A DNA stretch of 64,000 nt from Octopus vulgaris (GCA_951406725.2 OX597835.1:18352001-18416000), one strand, 5' to 3'; positions 15,236-28,940 are shown, counted from the stretch's first letter. The notes: generated from the letters alone by a model not told the origin. Translations and numbers: made by a program.

Positions 15236-15682
15236 TAATGACGAGCAAATAATAACGAACAAAAAGGCATACAGGGGAATATCATAATATCATGAAGCGA
15301 AAGTGAAGGTACAGCGCGTTTGTTTATGGCAGTAGTATATTATGCAAATGAGTTAGCGATCAAAGCGAGGAAAATGGTAAATTTATTAATAGGAAATGTC
15401 AAAGAGCGGTGTATGAGTATGTAATTGTAAGTTCGGATGAGTCCTCCCACGTGAGAGCATGTGTGTGTGTTTATGTGTAAGGGGATTATCGTTATAAAGA
15501 AGGGTTTACTTCAGAGAGGCGAGTCGGTAAATCGAATGTAAATGGTAGGGACGCAAATTTTAGAGCGAGTTGGTAGATAAAAGGGAGGAAGAGATATATC
15601 TCGATGGAGATAGGTAAATCATCATACATGCGCATGCGTGTACACAATCAGAACACACACGTATATAAGTATATTTACAAAG

Positions 15683-15745
<63 letters not shown>

Positions 15746-15785
15746 TATATATATATATATTTATATATATTTATATATATATTTA

Positions 15786-15828
<43 letters not shown>

Positions 15829-16504
15829 ATATATATATATATTCGTGTTTGTAATTGGGGTGCGTACGTATGCATACGTGTATATTTATATATGCATTGG
15901 CAGAGAAAATGTATGTAGAAATTGGGAAAGATAGAGGAAGGGGGAAGAATAAAAAAATGACTAGTAATTGTTTGAAGGAAAGATGAATCGAGGGCGGATA
16001 TCAGAATATAAATAGGTAATCTACAGAGGGGGAGAAAAGGAACCGAACTGATGGCGCTCAATGGAAACACTAGAAAGGAGTGGTTGCAAACACAATCGTG
16101 TAGAGAAGAATGTGTGTTAAAGAAAGAGAGTCTGACTGAGAAATGAGAGAATTCAATCTACATAGACATACATGCACATACCTATGATAAATATACACCT
16201 ATTTATATATACACCTACACATGTTTCAAATACACCTACACATGTTTCTGCTGCATCCATTAGAAACCGGTGCGATTTCAACCTTACTATAATAACGATG
16301 CATTTTCTTCATGGCCTTCACCTTAATGTCCTTTGATTTGACTGTTTGAAGTTTGATGTTGATTTTTCTTTGCTTTCTATGATGTGGAGTTGTACGTTAA
16401 TTTAGATGCGAACTATCTTCAATTCAAATATTGATTGGATAATCACTCGTTTCTTCCTCATAATAAGTCATTTCAAAACATTTCACTGTTTAAATGTTTA
16501 TAAT

Positions 16505-16885
16505 TCATTTATATTGAGAAAACATAAATTTTCTCCTGTGGAAGCCTCATGAAACTTGTTCTTGTCTAGAGTTCATTATATTACCCTCAGATGTAAAAGC
16601 TATGAGATTCTTCTATACATAGGTGACGTTTATTAGTTCCTTGTCTGTATGGTTTTGCACTACTAATTAATTCCCAATTGCTAGTATAGTCTTTGTTTGT
16701 GTCTTTAATAGACCAAATTAACCTATTTAGACTTGTTTGCAATTTTGATTTTATCCCTAAATGAATTTAAATGATTAACCAGTCTTGTCTTTGAAACTTA
16801 GTGCAGTCGCACTGATGTATAAAGCAATCATTTCCTTCAGATGTCAATTTACATCTATATATTACATCTATGGCCCAGCAGATTT
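16505..16885 (-). mobile_element. Degraded Penelope-like element GIY-YIG endonuclease
   Basis: Frameshifted translation: DVIYRCKL..LYISATALSFK.TRLVNHLNSFRD..TSLNRLIWSIKD..NWELISSAKPYRQGTNKRHLCIEE..IMNSRQE...FHRRKF. Confidence 0.8.
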
Positions 16886-17091
16886 GCATGCAAATACAAT
16901 AATTATCTTTGTAAATTGTGTTCAGAGAATAGCTCCTTTCAGGAAAAGTGTTTTTGGCAACATGTCACTTAAACAGACACCTCCTACCGACATAACCGAA
17001 TATCAATATATTGAGCAACAAAGTCTGTTATAAAAATTGAGGATGCTCATGTTTGAAACACTTTGCTTTTAATGTGTAGCTGAGAGAAGCA

Positions 17092-17230
17092 TACCAAATC
17101 CACTCACATGGGTTTGGTCGGCCCGAGGCTATAGTAGAAGACACTTGCCCAAGATGCCACGCAGCGGGACTGAAACCGGAACCATGTGGTTGCGAAGCAA
17201 GCTTCTTACCACACAACCACTCCTGTACCT
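17092..17230 (-). mobile_element. SINE family B, 5' part
   Basis: Matches the SINE B head and core. Confidence 0.85.
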
Positions 17231-17242
17231 ATACATACATGC

Positions 17243-17298
<56 letters not shown>

Positions 17299-17497
17299 AT
17301 ATCTCTATATGAACGGCAGTTTGTCTGTGCGTTTTCTGTGTGTCTGTTTGCTTGTATATATATATATATATATATATAACGCAGCGAAAATTTTGATTCC
17401 CCAGTTCTGAAAATAAATATCTAATATATGATAAAATTTTTCGAAAAAAAATTTAGCAATGGCCAGCATATTAAAAATTACCTTTAAAGGTTAAATT

Positions 17498-17633
17498 TAT
17501 AGACAACTTATAAATAAGGGCAAAAGAAAGAATTTCTAATGCCAAATATGCCGAAACTAGATACATTGACAATGTGTCTAGTGTCTGCATTTTCGGCACT
17601 AGATTTTTTTTCTTTCGCTCTTATTTATAAGTT

Positions 17634-17640
<7 letters not shown>
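17498..17640. repeat. ~140-bp imperfect palindrome (foldback/MITE-like)
   Basis: Arms acaacttataaataag...ctagatacattg and caatgtgtctag...cttatttataagttgt, centred at 17569. Confidence 0.85.
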
Positions 17641-17704
<64 letters not shown>

Positions 17705-18101
17705 AGTGTTACGAATAGAGATGGTAAGATCCGGGCTATATAAGCTTCATAGCGAGCGGAAGCTTAGAAGTGGTAAAAATCCAAATGAGATGTATACCGC
17801 CAGCTACTCTTCAGGCCAAGGTTGTACAAAGCGAAAGAGGGATAAATGGAAAGAAGAATGGCAGGGTATAGATGGGGAGAGAGATAAATTTCTTTGATGG
17901 TGTGAGGAAGGGAAAGAAAGAGGCTAAGTATTAAATATAGACTGCGGGAATATATAGGAACAAGAAAGAAACGTGCGTACATATACACACTTACCTGTGT
18001 ATGCATGTGGATATATATGTAGATATAAGTAAATATACTGAGAGAAACTGAAATAAATATTGATATGGAAGTAAGAGATAGATAAAGTGAATAACAAAGA
18101 A

Positions 18102-18142
<41 letters not shown>

Positions 18143-18519
18143 GAAACAGAGAGAGAGAGAGAAAGAGAAGGCAGAGAGGAGACGAGTGAATTTTGGAATA
18201 TTTGTCCATCTTCTAATACAACCATTCCAGGTCAGATGCAGATTACATTAATTCGCCAGAAAGAGGATTAAAAACCCCCAAAATAGTCAACAAGTGAAGA
18301 TTATCCATTATATTTTAACTCTAATATTAGTGTTTCCGAGTGTGTGCATTTCTTAAGTCATTCTATTGGCAGGTAGAAATCCCAGATCTTAGTCCTATGA
18401 CAGCTTCTTACTCTAATCCTCAACAACACACTAGCCTTAGGTAAGACATTTCTTGAACCAACTTGGCAAATATTACCGTAGTTTATTTTAATTTTTATCT
18501 TCATCCTTGTCTTCTTCCT

Positions 18520-18860
18520 TCTGTTGGTTTTGTTGTTAATGTTGTTGTTGTTGTTCTTCTTCTTTTTTCCTCTTCTTCTTCATTCTTCTTCTTTTTCTTC
18601 TTTTTCTTCTTCTACCTCTTCTTTTTCCTCTTCTTCTTCTTCTTCTTCTTCTTCTTTTTCTTCTTCTTTTTCTTCTTCTACCTCATCTTCTTCTTCTTCT
18701 TCTTCTTCTTCTTCTTCTTCTTCTCCTCATCCTTCTTATTCTTCTCCTCCTCCTTCTCCTTCTCCTTCTCCTTCTTCTTCTTCTTCTTCTTCTTCTTCTC
18801 ATCCCATCCTCCTCCTCCTCCTCCTCCTCCTCCTCCTCCTTCTTCCTCTTATTTTTCTTC
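18520..18860. repeat. (GTT)n/(CTT)n/(CCT)n trinucleotide array
   Basis: Directly visible. Confidence 0.95.
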
Positions 18861-19618
18861 GTGATTGACGTCATTTTCTCACAGTCTACATGTGCGTGAT
18901 AATGAAGAAATTTGCGTTCTCTAAATGGGGCATTTCGACTGGAAGCATTTGTACTGACCGAATATTTCGTTTCTAAGTGAATACTTATATAATCTTTATT
19001 AACCAGATACGAAGATGTTCAGTTTTAGCCTCTTTGTTAAAAGAAGATGTAATAATATCTTACGTGATGTTCCGTTTGTATTTCAGTCGAGTGGCATTTC
19101 TTATGCGTAGGATTTGGTTATTATCTACACGAGCAGACGTGTGAGAGCACAGAATCTTGTGTCTGTTATTTTCTTGACCTCGAAGAAACAAGAGCTAAAT
19201 CTCCTCAAAACCTCCTCCTTTTGTTTGTTTTTGGTCAGATAAACAAACAATGGTTTTTTTTCATTGTACATCTTGTTTTGTCTACTACGGAATTTCAGAA
19301 ACGGAACGAAACATTTTGGACGAAGTCTCTAGCCGGCAGGACCAATTTTGGGACGAAATGACACGAGCATGTCATCTCCTCATAATCATAGTTATAATCA
19401 TTATCATCGTCATCGTTATCGGGTCTCTTGTTTTAGACATTGTCAGCACTATTACAATCATGGCCATAATATTCTTCATCTTTGTCGTCGTCGCCATTAT
19501 CATAATCCTCAGCTTCATCAAAATTATCATCATAATTATCATCATCATAGTTATCACCATCGTTAACACTAACAACAACATTGAAGTTGTGGACGTTAGC
19601 AGAAAGATCTTACAAGCA

Positions 19619-19667
<49 letters not shown>

Positions 19668-19684
19668 CTATCTATCTATCTATC

Positions 19685-19715
<31 letters not shown>

Positions 19716-19834
19716 CGATCGATCTAACTATCTATCTGTCTGTCTCTATCTATCTATCTATCTACGCATCTATATATATCTTTCTATCTATATATTTGCG
19801 CGTGTGTGCGGCAGTTTGGGGTTAATTATTCGGA

Positions 19835-19888
<54 letters not shown>

Positions 19889-20321
19889 TATTTTTTGTCG
19901 CTTTACTAATACGTTTACAAGACTTGAAAAGAAAAACAACACCTGAAGCGGCAGGAGATGATAACACTGAGAGTCTTATTTGTTTCTTGCACATATCCAT
20001 TCATTCTAAGATAAGTATTTGTAATAATTCATTCTAATTTATTTTTTCTAAAGCATTATGAGTACAAATCCAGCCAATGTCTTTATTCACTTTCATTCTT
20101 TTGTTCCGGCGCCAGTTTCAGAAAGATGAAAATATCAAAGTGAGCAGCCTCACCCTTGCAGACACTTTATTTCTCGGGAAAGCAGACATTGTCCTGCATG
20201 TCTAAGGGAGAGCGTGTTTCGTATAACCTTGCTCAAGACATACACGTGCTGATGCATGATACGCTTTGACTGAGAAAGGGGCTGCAGAAGTACATAAACA
20301 GCGTATATAACTATAAATAAA

Positions 20322-20358
<37 letters not shown>

Positions 20359-20440
20359 ACACACACTCACGCACGCATACATATGTATGAGTATACATGT
20401 ATGTTTGTACACACACATAGATGTAAGGAAACTTATCCCC

Positions 20441-20473
<33 letters not shown>

Positions 20474-20561
20474 GATATAGATATATATATACACATACAT
20501 AGAGAAAGAGAGAGAGAGCGAGAGGGAGATGATTAGAAATGGAACAATAATTAACAATGAG

Positions 20562-20641
20562 AAGTATCTTCTACTATAGCCTCGGGTCAAGCAAAGGCTT
20601 GTGTGCAGATTTGGTAGACGGAAACTGAAAGAAAGCCCGTC

Positions 20642-20733
<92 letters not shown>

Positions 20734-20936
20734 ATGTGTGTCTTTGTTTGTCCCACAACGTCGTTTGACAACCGATGCTGGTGTGTTACGTCCCCGTAAC
20801 CTAGCGGTGCGGCAAAAGGGTACTAGGCTTACAAAGAATAAGTCCTGGGGTCGATTTGCTTGACTAAAGGCGATGCTCCAGCATAGCCACTGTCAAATGA
20901 CTGAAACAAGTAAAACAGTAAAAGAGTAAAAGAATA
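20562..20936 (+). mobile_element. SINE family B, 5'-truncated, with expanded internal (TA)n
   Basis: Matches the SINE B body and tail. Confidence 0.9.
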
Positions 20937-20950
20937 TACGTGTGTGTGTA

Positions 20951-20994
<44 letters not shown>

Positions 20995-20997
<3 letters not shown>

Positions 20998-21245
20998 GCT
21001 TAAATATTTGTCGTGCAAGATTTTTTATGTGAAATACAAAATGGCTGACGGTTAGTAAGGAGAGACAAAAATAAGAAAGAAGAAAGCAAAGGACCACTGA
21101 TGCGGTCACAGAAGTGTGACGAAAGAACTCTGGCCGAAATAAGATTAAGATTAATGTAAAAAATAAATAACACTGAAGCAAAATAACACCAAATATATAG
21201 TGCGTGTGTTTTTATCGGCTAAACTGGCAAAATGACCATTCCGAA

Positions 21246-21250
<5 letters not shown>
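20995..21250 (+). mobile_element. PLE-like repeat with variant hammerhead fold (21094-21133), between (TA)n arrays
   Basis: Second copy at 44460-44680. Motif cca CTGATGC g gtcaca gaag tgtgac GAAA gaac TC tgg. Confidence 0.7.
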
Positions 21251-21281
<31 letters not shown>

Positions 21282-21501
21282 ATATGAATTAGAAAATAAA
21301 AACACCTTTTATCAATTGAATTATCAATGAAAAATTAAATTATACCATCTAGAAAATTACATATTATAGAAAGATTAAATATAGGATAAAACTTATAACG
21401 ATGATTAAGTAATGTGAAAAATAATAAATGAAACGTATATATTTGGTATTTCTAAATTGAATTTTTCCCTGTAAATTTGGAATAACTTTCCCTCATATTA
21501 T

Positions 21502-21532
<31 letters not shown>

Positions 21533-22477
21533 ATATACGCTGATTGTCCACGCAGTTTTTGTCTAAGAAATTCACTCAAAACACATTGTGCGGCCCGAGG
21601 TTATATTAGAAGACACTTGTACACGTGACTGCGCATTACGATTGAGCCCGAGACCACGTAGGTGTGAAACCAGCTTCTTAGCCACATCCTCTTACTGCAA
21701 AAACTTCTTACCTTCTCATTCAGATACCCCTCTTCTGTCTGAAAATAATCATGTAATGAAACATAGTATTGATTCAACGTACATTGTTTCAACTGTAAAG
21801 CTATGATAAAACAAAGTGATTCCCTGATTAATAGCTATAAAACACAATCTACCAAAAGAAAAAAAAAACCCAGAAAAACAATAAATAAACATAATAAAAA
21901 ATCCGTTTCGATGAGAAGGCTTCGTAACCATCTCCGTATTTACTCTTTCTCATTCTCTCACGTTCTTCTGACATGTTTCCTTCTTTGTACGTTTCTTTGT
22001 TTTGCTTTTTAATAGTCACTGAGATTGAGGCCAAAAGACATTAGATGTTAAAAGCGCAGACATTTTACAGCAGAACAATTACGAGTGATTCTTGGAATGT
22101 CTAAACGGCATTAGGCGAACAATTTGTAATCAGAACAGATCAACATTTCAAATGAAAAATGACAGTTTTAAGATGAGATCTGCATTCAAAACTATCACAA
22201 CGAGTAGCATTATAGCTGATCTCATTAGGTCATGTAAAAATATCGCCGAAGTGATGCACGTCCCATCAACACTGCAACCAAACATATTCTGATTTCCAGT
22301 CAAGAAAATCTAAAAACAAAAACAAAAAAAAAAAACTGAAAAACCATCGAGTAAAACAATAATGCAGACAGCGTAAAACGTAATTTTTTTCAAATTTTGG
22401 CAATTTTCTTCTCGTCTTTAGTCATCATATAACATAAGTTGCTATATCAAATAACGAATTCACGTGGAGACGACCAA

Positions 22478-22545
22478 CAAAAACTAGATATAAATATAAC
22501 AAAAACTAGATATAAATATAACAAAAACTAGATATAAATATATCA
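22478..22545. repeat. 22-bp minisatellite x3
   Basis: caaaaactagatataaatataa repeated three times. Confidence 0.9.
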
Positions 22546-23167
22546 ATCCTCTTGCTATTGATTTGAAGATATTAAAGTAATTTATGACCGGAGAAATATT
22601 CACAAAATAAGCTACTACTATACGCAATCATTTGTAGTCAAACTGGATTTAGCGTCCATTTAATGTTCGGCCATATTTTCGGAGACGTTAGTATATTCGA
22701 TAAATCCATCAAATATTAACATTAATATGTCAGCCAAACATTATAGACGCACACACTCTCACTCCCAGACATACATAGACACACAGACACACGCATATAA
22801 ATACATATATATATATATATGATTACATACATATATACAACTATAAAGAAATATATATATACATACGTAAATATATATTCAGACACACACACACACACAG
22901 TGTCGGTGTACAGAAATAGAACGTGAGAGAAGAGGCAAGAGCAATAGCGAAGCGAAAGAGCAATGTATAAAGACAAAAAAAACACACAAAAAAAGAATTT
23001 TCGCTATTTCCTCTCACTTGTAACAGCAGGAGGGGTGCCATCAACAATTAATGAATCTAGCCAAACATGATACAACTTCCGAATATCTGTAGGATGATAA
23101 TAACGCGTAGATGCATATATACCTACCAACCTACATACATACATATAAATATATATATATATATATA

Positions 23168-23236
<69 letters not shown>

Positions 23237-23570
23237 ATGTACTATTAATGTGGATATATAACATAGCAACCTATACCACAACAGAGAAATATCTAATAAT
23301 GCTGACCCATGGTGTCTAATATTACTGTAGCTACATGTCTTTTTATCAGCATGCTCCTATACGAAGAACGGCTAATAACAAGTAATGCGAAATGTAAAAA
23401 AATAGATCAATAAATAAAAAAAATATATTATCTCTTAAAACCGACTCCATATGCACAGTATATCTATAAATGTTTCTAGAAGCTTCCTTACAGTGTGTAA
23501 TACAGATTTTCCTGCTTCAGAATAATATCACTAAACCATCTTGAAAAGTCCTGGTAGAAACAGATTTACA

Positions 23571-23637
<67 letters not shown>

Positions 23638-23666
23638 GCATATATGTATATATATATATATGTATA

Positions 23667-23747
<81 letters not shown>

Positions 23748-23779
23748 GTATATATATATGTATATATATATATATACAC

Positions 23780-23881
<102 letters not shown>

Positions 23882-24254
23882 GGGGGAAGCACGTGATTAC
23901 AGATATCTAACCACAGTCAAACATCAATAAATACCATGAGAGTAATCCTACCTGAATGCAATCCTGAAAACGTGACAGTGCATCATATCGATATATAGCT
24001 CCAGGGAAAACATATTCTACAGAGCAGGTAAAAAGTTGTTGGGATACAGAATAAAAACTTATGTTAAATTAAGTCAAATTTCCCCCTAAATACAGATACA
24101 TTGTGCGTGTTTTTGTTCAGTTTCAGAAATATGTGTCACGACACGACTCTTTCAAAGTACATTTGGATGCTACAAAACAACGGATTATCTAATACCCACA
24201 TAGAAGGAAATGTATAACCACGCACAGTCTACATTACATCGGTTATATAGTAAC

Positions 24255-24853
24255 GGCGGCGAGCTAGCAGAACCGTTAGCACGCCGGGCGAAATGCGTAG
24301 ACGTATTTCGCCTGCCGCTACGTTCTGAGTTCAAATTCCGCCGAGGTTGACTTTGCCTTTCATCCTTTCGGGGTCGATAAATTAAGTACCAGTTATTCAC
24401 TGGGGTCGATATAATCGACTTAATCCGTTTGTCTGTCTTTGGTTGTCCCCTCTGTGTTTAGCCCCTTGTGGGTAGTAAAGAAAGAGGTATTTAGTCTGTC
24501 TTTACGTTCTGAGTTCAAATTCCGCCGAGGTCGACTTTGCCTTTCATCCTTTCGGGGTCGATAAATTAAGTACCAGTTATGCACTGGGGTCGATGTAATC
24601 GACTTAATCCGTTTGTCTGTCTTTGTTTGTCCTCTCTGTGTTTAGCCCCTTGTGGGTAGTAAAGAAAGAGGTATTTAGTCTGTCTTTACGTTGTGAGTTC
24701 AAATTCCGCCGAGGTCGACTTTGCCTTTCATCCTTTCGGGGTCGATAAATTAAGTACCAGTTATGCACTGGGGTCGATATAATCGACTTAATCCGTTTGT
24801 CTGTCCTTGTTTGTCCTCTCTGTGTTTAGCCCCTTGTGGGTAGTAAAGAAATA
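24255..24853 (+). mobile_element. SINE family A trimer (one full unit and two 184-bp headless units)
   Basis: Units restart at 24486 and 24670. Direct repeat ggttatatRgtaacgg at 24241-24256 and 24854-24869. Confidence 0.92.
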
Positions 24854-24975
24854 GGTTATATGGTAACGGGAGAAAGAATGAGAGAATGAAAGAGGGCAAA
24901 ATAAAAGAACGGTTTTAAATAAAGGCACCAACCAGAAATGACGATTAAAGTCAATTACACTGATGCTAATGCTTA

Positions 24976-25414
24976 GATGGCAGAATCCCCAAGGACATAC
25001 TCTACGGAGAGCTTGCTAGGGGTACTAGGTCTGTGGGTAGACCGCTCTTACGTTACAAGGATGTTTGCAAAAGGGACATGAAGGCCTGCAACATCAATAC
25101 TAGCGGTTGGGAGGCAGTTGCCGGCAACCGTAGAGATTGGCGACGTACCGTAAGAGAGGGAATACAAAGGAGTGACAGAGAGAGAGAGAGAGGAGAAATA
25201 GAAAGACAAGAAAAGACGTCAACAAGAAACTATGACATTACAACCAGCCAGGAACAGTCTTCGCTACATTTGCGGTACCTGCCAGAGGGAGTTTTTTTCC
25301 AGGATTGGACTACACAGCCACAGCAGGAAATGTATCAGGACATGAAATGTAAAAGCCGGACTAGACTATTTTATGCGCAACTCCATTGTCTCCCAAGACA
25401 AAAAGGATGCCAAC
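24976..25414 (+). mobile_element. 5'-truncated RTE-clade LINE 3' end
   Basis: DGRIPKDILYGELARGTRSVGRPLLRYKDVCKRDMK and a C2H2 finger (CGTCQREFFSRIGLHSH). TSD aatgctta at 24968-24975 and 25415-25422. Confidence 0.9.
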
Positions 25415-25431
25415 AATGCTTAACCGTGAAA

Positions 25432-25700
25432 ACACGTGTCTCAGTGGTTAGAGTGTCGGGTTTACGATCCTGAGGATGTGACTTCGATTCATGGGCCGAG
25501 TTGTGTGTTGTGTTCTTGAGCAAGACACTATATTTCACGTTGTTCCAGGTCCCTTGGAGAACATCGGTGGTGTGGAGAGGGGAGATTGTAATGCATGTGT
25601 GACTGATGGTCGTTCAGTAACGAGCATATCCAGAGTTGCACCTCGGCGGGTAGCTAAGGTGCAATCCAATTAGCATTCGTGACTCAAGGGGGGGGGGGGT
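25432..25700 (+). mobile_element. Degraded tRNA-derived SINE with a head related to family D
   Basis: ctcagtggttagagtg...ttcgattc...gttcttgagcaagacact..atttcacgttg is shared with the element at 32722. Confidence 0.7.
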
Positions 25701-25855
25701 CCAATGCTCAACTGGCACATATTGGATTATAGAACGACGATATACGAAGGAAACCTCGGCGAAATATGAACTCAGAACTGAAAAAAGTCAGAACAAATGC
25801 CGCGAAGCAGTTTGTCCGATACGCGAATAATTTTTCCAGCTCTGCAATTTGGACA

Positions 25856-25856
25856 A

Positions 25857-25891
<35 letters not shown>

Positions 25892-26047
25892 TGATGATGA
25901 TGATGATGAGGAGGAGGATGATGATGATGATGATGATGATGAATAATATTAATAATAATAATAATAATAATAGTAATAGTAATAATAATAATAACAACAA
26001 CAACAACAATAATAATAATAATAACAATAATAATAATGATAATGATG

Positions 26048-26105
<58 letters not shown>

Positions 26106-26119
26106 TAATAATAATAATA

Positions 26120-26150
<31 letters not shown>
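25856..26150. repeat. (TAA)n/(TGA)n array
   Basis: Directly visible. Confidence 0.95.
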
Positions 26151-26607
26151 GAGGTACAACGTCAATACCTTTTTTGAACAAAACCAGTAAAGAAGAACAA
26201 TATTAAATTGATTTCTTTCCGTTTGTTTGGTAATTCATTACATGTTTAACGTGTATGTAGAATATGTTTTATCGGTTTTGCACATCAAATGCTTCCTTAT
26301 TCAAAGAATTGAGGACTATGCATGAGGGCCTGGTTGTTTCATCTAACAGGCACTTATTAGATGAGTGTGTACAGTTCACCTTTTAGTTAATGGATATTCT
26401 GTTTCATGTTTCTCAACCAGCATAATATATTGTAAACGTAATCGGCGGGATGGCTTCCGTAGACATGTTGAGGTGTTCGCATTCAGCAAAGCAGGAAAAT
26501 AGTGATCAGGAAGGCTACACAAGCAGAAAATATCTATCAGTGCAATTGCTGTATATAAGTAAAGACTTGTATGGCAAACAATATCGGAAAGATTACAAGG
26601 ACAACGA

Positions 26608-26838
26608 TAAACCTGGCTGATGACGGTCAAGGCTGATCTGGAACTCAGCCTAGGCCCCCCATATCTACGGCGTTCGCCGCTGGAATAAGGAGTGGTTGGA
26701 GATCACATGGTCTGTCGGTCGTTAGCCTCAAATCGCCAGGCCTCGTCAGCGTGTGTGACAGATGCAGCATTGAGGATGAATGAAGCCAGCTCAACCCACC
26801 CCGGGTGAATGCTGTAAGAAGAAGAAGAAGAAGAAAGA
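26608..26838 (+). mobile_element. RTE-clade LINE extreme 3' end with (GAA)n tail
   Basis: TWLMTVKADLELSLGPHIYGVRRWNKEW...EASSTHPG* followed by (gaa)n. Confidence 0.75.
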
Positions 26839-26849
26839 AAGATTACAAA

Positions 26850-27065
26850 GACGGCGAGCTGGAAGAATCGTTAAACACGCCGGGCAAAATGCTTACTGGC
26901 GTTTCGTCCGTCTTCACGCTCTGAGTGAAATTTCCGTAGAGGTCGACTTTGTGTTTCATTCGTCTGAAGGCCGATAAAATAAGTACCATTTGAGTACTGG
27001 GATCAATGTTACCGACATATACCTTCTAAAATTGCTGGCACCGTGGCGAAATTTGAATACAATAT
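26850..27065 (+). mobile_element. Older SINE A subfamily
   Basis: ggcgagctggaagaatcgtta...gtcgactttg...gataaaataagtacc, with the alternative 3' end. Confidence 0.8.
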
Positions 27066-27847
27066 TGGAAAGCATACAGAAACAACGTAACATTTAAACT
27101 CATCAATAAATGAAATTAAATCAAAATAACTAACAATTGATATCATCAGCTGTTGAAAAATTAGAAAAGCAATCTTACAAAATAGGTATGTCTTAAATCA
27201 GTGTCATATTGTTTGTAAAATCTGTAGATGAAAAATACCCTTAGTATAAAAAGAAAAAGAATTGCCTGAATTTATATTTAAGTCTGAACAAATTATAAAC
27301 GACTCAAATAGCTTCTGCAGGTGTAGGGTATTTTAACTGGAACATGAATTCATTCCATACACAGAGAACTGGCAGTTATCAATGATGATCTTTGCACCAT
27401 TAATCACGTTATGAAATATCGTGGTTTCTATATTTTTCGATGCCTCAATCAGTGATACTGAAGAATTGAAAACGTGAACCTCGGGAGTCTAAATACGGAT
27501 GCATGTAATTATTGATCCATGGGTCGATTAGTTAATTGCGACCGGAAGTGATAGAACCACATAAATTTGACGTGGAATTTAACAAGAAAAAAACCTACAT
27601 AACCTAGAAATCTGATTAATAGAGAGTGTACAGGTTTCTGCAAGCTGGTGGCCCAGGAATATTATTTTCTTTTATGCCTCATGTTTGTATTCCGACATAA
27701 ATATTGATAAAACTGTTAGCACAAAGCATTTAATCCATATCTGGTTAATATATTCACTGAAATGCTCTTGTATGTATTTATTGTCAAGGCTTTCTTTTGT
27801 CGAAAATTGGTGTACATTCTTATATACGGTTTGTTTTAATTCATGCA

Positions 27848-27848
27848 G

Positions 27849-27938
<90 letters not shown>

Positions 27939-27986
27939 CATCCATACATCCATGTATCTATCTATCTATCTATATATCTATCTATA

Positions 27987-28028
<42 letters not shown>

Positions 28029-28049
28029 CCTACCTACCTACCTACCTAC

Positions 28050-28093
<44 letters not shown>

Positions 28094-28133
28094 ATATCTA
28101 TCTATCTATATATCTATCTGTCTATCTGTCTGC

Positions 28134-28207
<74 letters not shown>

Positions 28208-28220
28208 GTCTGTATGTCTG

Positions 28221-28256
<36 letters not shown>

Positions 28257-28273
28257 CCTACCTACCTACCTAC

Positions 28274-28305
<32 letters not shown>

Positions 28306-28329
28306 ATATCTATCTGTCTATCTGTCTGC

Positions 28330-28371
<42 letters not shown>

Positions 28372-28385
28372 CCTATATCTATCTG

Positions 28386-28463
<78 letters not shown>

Positions 28464-28480
28464 GTCTGTATGTCTGTCTG

Positions 28481-28539
<59 letters not shown>

Positions 28540-28552
28540 GCCTATATGCATG

Positions 28553-28595
<43 letters not shown>

Positions 28596-28625
28596 GTATG
28601 TCTATCTATCTATTTATCTATCTGC
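27848..28625. repeat. ~780-bp (TATC)n tetranucleotide array
   Basis: Directly visible; explains the 325, 327 and 269 aa ORFs. Confidence 0.97.
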
Positions 28626-28940
28626 ATACATGTCGGACATGTGTGTGCGTGATTGTGTGTGAATATGCGGGAGTTTTTGCATGCGTGTGCATGTGCATGC
28701 GAATGTGTAGGTATGTGTGCGCGTGTGTATGCATGCACCTGTGTGTGAGTGTATTTGTGTGTGCGTCTGATTTTGTATGAATATATACCAAATATTTCTT
28801 TCAGCGAGTGAACACTGGGTCTATTGTATATCAAATGACATGCGTAATACAATAGATGTTATATGCAAATAGAATTATTCCAATGGTTATATACTTAACT
28901 AAATACATACATATCTATATATACATGTACATGTATATAA

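Noticed and set aside
19941-19997. Possible decayed hammerhead (CTGAAGC-g-gcaggaga...tttcttgc-acatat)
   Set aside because: The GAAA core is missing and stem I is absent, so it cannot be supported.
21541-21562. miR-219-like start (tgattgtcca)
   Set aside because: It diverges after 10 nt, shows no hairpin and lies at the edge of a decayed SINE B.
27685-28780. Longest ORFs (325, 327 and 269 aa) and the many YI/CV/poly-amino-acid ORFs
   Set aside because: They are translations of stop-free microsatellites such as (TATC)n, (TA)n, (CA)n and (TAA)n.
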